From the IMG/VR virus record IMGVR_UViG_3300025333_000001: a DNA stretch of 64,000 bases, one strand, 5' to 3'. The notes beneath the pieces were generated by a model. The model was not told the DNA's origin, did no database searches, and was given only the letters and a program-made list of their open reading frames with translations. A program made the position numbers and the translations under genes. Positions within the stretch are counted from its first letter, which is position 1. Every line of letters starts with the position of its first letter. Positions 59,270 through 64,000 of the stretch are shown one piece after another. Source of the DNA: an uncultured virus (IMG/VR IMGVR_UViG_3300025333_000001) (taxonomy: Duplodnaviria; Heunggongvirae; Uroviricota; Caudoviricetes; Thumleimavirales; Hafunaviridae).

Positions 59270-59351
59270 CCCCACACGGTGTGGGAAAGCTGCCGTGGGG
59301 CCGTGAACCCCGTGGAGTCTTACTCTTCGGCAGCGGTCGCACTGTCAACGC
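59270..59351 (-). repeat. ~82-bp structured repeat, copy 2 (tRNA-like fold)
   Basis: Matches 57083-57164. Confidence 0.85.
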
Positions 59352-59594
59352 GGTTGGCGACCCGCCTCAACATGGCCGCCTGATACTGCTCGTCGGTTGC
59401 TTCTTTCGGGTTTTCACGGTGATACCGTGCGAACCCCGTTGCCAACTCGCGGGCGTCCTCGGGTGACAACGCCCGTTTTTGCTCGCCGATCTGTACCCCC
59501 ACTCGTTTACCATCTTCCGCGACCCATACCTTCATCTCATCGGGACCGCGCATCATGTTCCAGTCGGGGTCGTCAGCAAAGCCGAACGCCACGA

Positions 59595-60956
59595 CTACTC
59601 GTCGGCTGCCGTGGGGGCAACCAACATTTCTTGGAGTTGTTCCTGTCGCGTTTCGAACTCTTCTTTCTGGTCTTCGACCGTGGCTTGGAACTTCTCGACG
59701 GCTGCCCCGTAGGACATGGCATCGAGTTCGCCCTCATCTTCGGCGGCAGCCCGCTGTCGGGCTTCGCGCTGCTGGGCGTTGTTTTCCGTCCGGTCGATGG
59801 CCTGCGCCGGATTCATGATCATGTCGTTGCTCGCCGATACCAACTCGTTGAGGCGGTTGGTGTTCTCCCCACCGCGGTAGTGGTGCGTGATGGCGTAGGT
59901 TGCCCCACTCTGCATCTCCCACATGGTGGGGAGGAACTGGTTGTCGGCACGACTCCGAACGTGACTGGACGCCTCACGGGCGAGGTACGACGGGAAGCCC
60001 GCCATCTCGAACCACGCTTGCAGGTCGTCGGTGTGGCCCACAAGCTCCGAGAACTCGAAACTCAGGTAGTCCACGTCGATCTGGTTGGCCGTCTCGATGA
60101 CTTCGGCCAGTTTGTCAGTCATGAGATCCATGTCGGCAAGAATCTCGTCCCACCATTCGCGGGTTTCCGATGGCTCACCGACGTGACGACGCGACTTCTG
60201 GTCGGTCACGTTGCGGATCGAGTTGGAACACCACGTATCCTGTGCGAACCCTTCGGCGTACATGGCTGTTCCACCGAAGTAGTCGTAGCCAGTGCGGATA
60301 CCGAGGAGGATCGGGCCGCCCGACTCGCCCCCATCGGTAGCCACGTTGGGGTCGGCTCCGGGGTTGTCAATGCGGAAGGCATCGAACAGCATCTCGATGT
60401 GAACCTCACCGCCACCTTTGTAGGTGCGGATCTCCCCGAACACGGCGTCCCCGAGTTCCTCCTCGCGGATGGCCTCTTCGAGCGGGCCGTAGAAGTCGAG
60501 GGGGTTGACAATCGCGTAGTCTTTTGTCGGGTTGTGCCACAGGGGGTCGATCCACTGGTTGTTGTCGTCCCGTCGGGCATCACCCTGAATCCAGCTTTCG
60601 AGCTTGTCGGGCGAGATCACCGACTGGAACCGGTCGGTTTGAACGAACACGTTGCCGTCCATCGTTTCGTGGAACGTGACACCATCGGGGGTGTCGTCGC
60701 TCAGTTCGTCCACGTCGATGTTGCGAGCGACCTGCTCGGGAATCTTCCACGCGTTGCCCGTTTCTTCTGCTCGTTCAAGGCCACGGATGGCTGTTGCGAG
60801 CGAGGTGTCGGGCATATCGTCGGGGTAGAACCCGTTGTCTCGGCTGTGATCACCGCTGGCTGCGTCTGCTGCCTTCTCGCTGAGTTCGACATTGTTATGG
60901 CTGGTTAGTCCTGCAAACTGTACCGTTTCGTCTGGGGTTGAACTTCGTCGGTTCAT
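59595..60956 (-). CDS. DUF932-like protein
   Basis: YAIVNP, WCSN, RHVG and TMWE motifs. Confidence 0.65.
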   Translation of the reverse strand: MNRRSSTPDETVQFAGLTSHNNVELSEKAADAASGDHSRDNGFYPDDMPDTSLATAIRGLERAEETGNAWKIPEQVARNIDVDELSDDTPDGVTFHETMDGNVFVQTDRFQSVISPDKLESWIQGDARRDDNNQWIDPLWHNPTKDYAIVNPLDFYGPLEEAIREEELGDAVFGEIRTYKGGGEVHIEMLFDAFRIDNPGADPNVATDGGESGGPILLGIRTGYDYFGGTAMYAEGFAQDTWCSNSIRNVTDQKSRRHVGEPSETREWWDEILADMDLMTDKLAEVIETANQIDVDYLSFEFSELVGHTDDLQAWFEMAGFPSYLAREASSHVRSRADNQFLPTMWEMQSGATYAITHHYRGGENTNRLNELVSASNDMIMNPAQAIDRTENNAQQREARQRAAAEDEGELDAMSYGAAVEKFQATVEDQKEEFETRQEQLQEMLVAPTAADE

Positions 60957-61008
60957 AGGTTTGTCCCACCAATTGTTTAACCGGAGTCGATGGCGGGTTT
61001 CGACTCGA

Positions 61009-61048
61009 TGAGGCGGCGCAGAGTCGAACTGCGCTACACCAACGCCTC
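61009..61048 (-). ncRNA. tRNA minihelix-like element
   Basis: GAGGCG-N8-GCGCAG UUCGACU CUGCGC CGCCUC A. Confidence 0.65.
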
Positions 61049-61087
61049 GGCGGCTACCGGTCGCTAACTATTCGTTTCCTCGTTGAT

Positions 61088-61573
61088 TTATCCGTTGACG
61101 ACTGCCTCGGCGAACAGACGACCCGACTCAAAGTCGTCTGGCTTAGCGATTACGACTGGGTAGCTGTATCCCCAGTTGTAGTCAGTGAGCCGCTTTGCAA
61201 TCGAGTGCATCACACCACTCACTGCGTAATGGTAGTCCGTCGTGTCGTGTCCCGTGGGAGATAGGTACTCCTTATACCGCGCATCATCAGTAGCTAACAC
61301 GATCACGTCGTCTGTTTCCTCTACAAGCCGGTAGTGACCTTGCTCGATACCATACATGTGCTCACTCCACGTCTCCTCAGCGGACCGCTGGAACGTTTCG
61401 AGAGCTTCGCGCACTTTATTGATATCTTGGATCGCCCCGCCGTCGGTCCCGTGTTCGATGTCGTCGTTGGTGATGTGCTGGGTTCGATCATCGATCTCAC
61501 CGCCGTCGGTTCGGATCTCTGTTGTTTCGCTGACGCACTCTTCAAGATCGTCAAAGTGGACTCGTGGGTTCAT
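61088..61573 (-). CDS. hypothetical protein
   Basis: Start MNPRVH at 61573; TDGG motifs typical of haloarchaeal mobile elements. Confidence 0.65.
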   Translation of the reverse strand: MNPRVHFDDLEECVSETTEIRTDGGEIDDRTQHITNDDIEHGTDGGAIQDINKVREALETFQRSAEETWSEHMYGIEQGHYRLVEETDDVIVLATDDARYKEYLSPTGHDTTDYHYAVSGVMHSIAKRLTDYNWGYSYPVVIAKPDDFESGRLFAEAVVNG

Positions 61574-61574
61574 G

Positions 61575-62180
61575 TTATTGCTCAATTGTAGCTGCGGTTT
61601 GTTCGTCGTCCTGTTCGGCGGCGTCTTCGAGTTCCGACCCGAAGAGGGTCGGCGGCATTTCACCCTGATGGCTGCCATCGTAGGCTTCGGAATCGTCGGC
61701 CTCAACTAAGATGAGTTGGGCGACTGGGTACCCCACTGGCAGGTGAACACAGTCCAACGACTGTGGCACTTGCAGGAGGCCCTCACCAACGCCGTTGTAG
61801 CCTTGATCCCACACCGCAGTGGTGATCTCCATTCCCGACCGCATGAACCGACTGCGCGGCTTCACGAGGCCGACGTGGCCTTCAGGAATGGTGATGTGTT
61901 CGCCGTACTCGATGATATATGACCCCGAATAGACACGGTAGAACGGCGACTTGGTGTTACCCATTGGGTCAAACGTTCGCATTCGAGTTCGCTGGCCGTG
62001 ATCGTAGCCATCGTCGTTGCCCTCGGCGTCGGCATAGAAGTGAACTGTTCCGCTCGTTCGGAGCAGATCACCAACTGTCAGGTCAACCCCGTTGGGCTGA
62101 ATTTGGTCGTCGTCAATCGGTTCGCCGGTTCGGTTTTTGGTGAGGTGTTCAACTACGAACTCCCCGGATCTGACTGTCAT
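61575..62180 (-). CDS. dUTPase/dCTP deaminase family protein
   Basis: QIQPNGVDL, PRSRFMRSG, AVWDQGY.G, VAQL. Confidence 0.88.
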   Translation of the reverse strand: MTVRSGEFVVEHLTKNRTGEPIDDDQIQPNGVDLTVGDLLRTSGTVHFYADAEGNDDGYDHGQRTRMRTFDPMGNTKSPFYRVYSGSYIIEYGEHITIPEGHVGLVKPRSRFMRSGMEITTAVWDQGYNGVGEGLLQVPQSLDCVHLPVGYPVAQLILVEADDSEAYDGSHQGEMPPTLFGSELEDAAEQDDEQTAATIEQ

Positions 62181-62256
62181 AGTTTGGATTTTATGTGTTT
62201 GTTCATCAACTATTCGCTCTCGAAATTTTGGGCGATTTTCCGTGAGTTTTGACCGT

Positions 62257-62730
62257 TTATGCTATCGCCCCATTGTGATTTATCGACCATTCAACGTAAT
62301 CGCTCCATTCTTTGGCGAAGTTGTTGCGTTTTTTCGCGTTGAACTCGCGGATGGTATCGAGATCTTCGGCACTCCACCCGTATTCAGCCGCCTGTTCTCT
62401 ATCACGAAGATACGGCCATGCGGTTACGGCGATCAGATAGCCGTCGTGGTGGTGTCCGGCAATGAACCACCATTCGACGCCGTCGTTGTGTCTCATCCAA
62501 TGAAAGGATGAACAGCCGTCGCCGTTGTTTTTCAACTCACCCTCAACGATTGTTCGCTGAATGACCTCGTTGGTCAAAAACCGCTCAGGATCTTTGAACC
62601 GCTGTCGGAAGTGATCTGTTCGCCGGTATTTGTGTGGTTGGTGAGGGTAATCAGCGGGGTCAAACGTTCGTGACCGATCAACGGGAACCCGCTCATCGGA
62701 ATTGTGCGGTACTTGTACTGTTGGATTCAT
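62257..62730 (-). CDS. hypothetical protein
   Basis: Start MNPTVQ at 62730; TDHFRQR. Confidence 0.6.
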   Translation of the reverse strand: MNPTVQVPHNSDERVPVDRSRTFDPADYPHQPHKYRRTDHFRQRFKDPERFLTNEVIQRTIVEGELKNNGDGCSSFHWMRHNDGVEWWFIAGHHHDGYLIAVTAWPYLRDREQAAEYGWSAEDLDTIREFNAKKRNNFAKEWSDYVEWSINHNGAIA

Positions 62731-62766
62731 GGTAGTATTTGTCCCGTCGAACTGCACGACGGGGGA

Positions 62767-62808
62767 TGCACTGCCGGGGAATCGAACCCCGAGTCGCCCA
62801 TTCAGTGC
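62767..62808 (-). ncRNA. tRNA minihelix-like element
   Basis: GCACUG-N10-UCGGGG UUCGAUU CCCCGG CAGUGC A. Confidence 0.65.
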
Positions 62809-62905
62809 TGGCATCACGAGTCCCCACTCGATGACGCCGCCGACGGAGGTTGCTCACTCCGAGTAAATAATTAACTCGGGGGGACTTAGTTGTTACGTCC
62901 GGGGG

Positions 62906-64000
62906 TTACTCGTCGTCCAGAATGATGACGCTTCGAGCCATCGGCTCCTCCTCGTGCCGCTCGATGTCGAAGGCTACGTTGACCCCCTGTTCGATGCTGT
63001 CGATCTCGATCTCCGTGGGATAGAAGAACACGTCGTCAGCAACATCTTCGGACTCGATGAAGCCGTAGCCACCAACGTCGTTGAAGAAGGCGACCTCACC
63101 CCCGTAGTCTCGACCGTGGAGTGGGTCTTTCCCTTCGGCGACCTCCTCGCTTTCCTGCTCGCGTTCTTTGACTGCTTCGACTTCGGCTTCAAGTTCGGTT
63201 CGAAGATCGTCAATAACGTTGCGTGTCTCGCCTGCAATCGGAGCGCGGTTGGCAGCCTGTTTGATGTCATGCCATCGGCCGAAGAACAGGTGTAGCTCTT
63301 CGGCAATATCCGATGGAACCGAATGAACCGCTCCAATCGATTCGAGAGCTTCGGCAATCGTCGGCTGGGTATCCCGCGTGTGATCGTTGACCATCTCTCG
63401 GTACTTGTGGCAGAAGTCCATCAGCACGTCGTTGTCTAGTTCCAGCACGCTTTCGAACTTTTCCTGATCTTCGAAGACAACCACGTTGGAAAAGGCGATG
63501 AAGTCGATCCACATCGCCAACTCGTTGACCCCACAGTGACAGAACGGGCAGAACTCCATCTGACTGGTGAACGCGTCTCGAACGTTGAGCGAAGACCGAA
63601 TGTCGTGGTTGTTCTTACCATCCGAGTGGCCGTGGTACAGCCCACAGACCTTACACTCGTACCCCGAAGTTTCGCTGTGTTCGACCATGCTACTCGCTTC
63701 TTCGAGAACGCCAGCCAAATCGGGGTTGACATCCTTGATCCGGCTGATCTCGTTTTCGATCTCGTCTTTGCTGATCCCCGATGGGACGCTGTGACTACCG
63801 AGCTTCCACTGGCTTACATAATCGGGTTCTTCCGGGGGAGTGTAGGACTCGCCCTGTTCGGCGGCGTCCCCGGTTTCCGACTCCTCTTCGTCCCCAGCGA
63901 GCCGACCGAGGAAATTTCGCACCGGGTCTTCGAATTTGCGTGCGGTTGATTCGTCGTTGGTTTCTGCGTCGTTGCTACCGTTGTTGTTGTTGCTTCCGAA
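62906..64000 (-). CDS. Zn-binding + C-terminal cold-shock domain protein (5' end outside the window)
   Basis: CKVC..H and CPFCHC; GEVAFFNDVGGYGFI..DVFF; frame open to the window edge. Confidence 0.75.
   Translation of the reverse strand, partial: FGSNNNNGSNDAETNDESTARKFEDPVRNFLGRLAGDEEESETGDAAEQGESYTPPEEPDYVSQWKLGSHSVPSGISKDEIENEISRIKDVNPDLAGVLEEASSMVEHSETSGYECKVCGLYHGHSDGKNNHDIRSSLNVRDAFTSQMEFCPFCHCGVNELAMWIDFIAFSNVVVFEDQEKFESVLELDNDVLMDFCHKYREMVNDHTRDTQPTIAEALESIGAVHSVPSDIAEELHLFFGRWHDIKQAANRAPIAGETRNVIDDLRTELEAEVEAVKEREQESEEVAEGKDPLHGRDYGGEVAFFNDVGGYGFIESEDVADDVFFYPTEIEIDSIEQGVNVAFDIERHEEEPMARSVIILDDE

Overview
The window is a 64-kb segment of a haloarchaeal tailed virus or provirus with a contractile (myovirus-type) tail. 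Evidence for this: very acidic proteins, archaeal TATA-type promoters, and a complete head-neck-sheath-baseplate gene order. No integrase or host genes are visible. Layout: (i) 1-6.8 kb, minus-strand small accessory ORFs, a ~1.25-kb ORF-free, highly structured region and repeat tracts; (ii) 6.8-8.2 kb, a repeat- and C-rich spacer upstream of the terminase genes; (iii) 8.2-35 kb, plus-strand morphogenesis module; (iv) 34.8-35.9 kb, two non-autonomous IS200/IS605 elements and an intergenic repeat; (v) 36-51.7 kb, minus-strand replication module (PolB, kinase, Cas4-like nuclease, phosphoesterase, AEP primase, AAA+ helicase-like); (vi) 51.8-53.3 kb, a tRNA cluster with a Dam-like methyltransferase; (vii) 53.4-64 kb, nucleases, methyltransferase-like genes, DUF932-like protein, dUTPase and a cold-shock-domain protein. 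Most notable: a candidate giant ncRNA (~3510-4765, minus strand); an apparent neck-protein gene split by a metallopeptidase plus small acidic ORF (toxin/immunity-like); intergenic tRNA-minihelix elements; a dispersed 16-bp motif; an ORF-less IS605 element that keeps a promoter and omegaRNA-like body; and duplicated, diversifying tail-fibre tips. All product calls come from motifs and synteny read by eye; no database searches were run.
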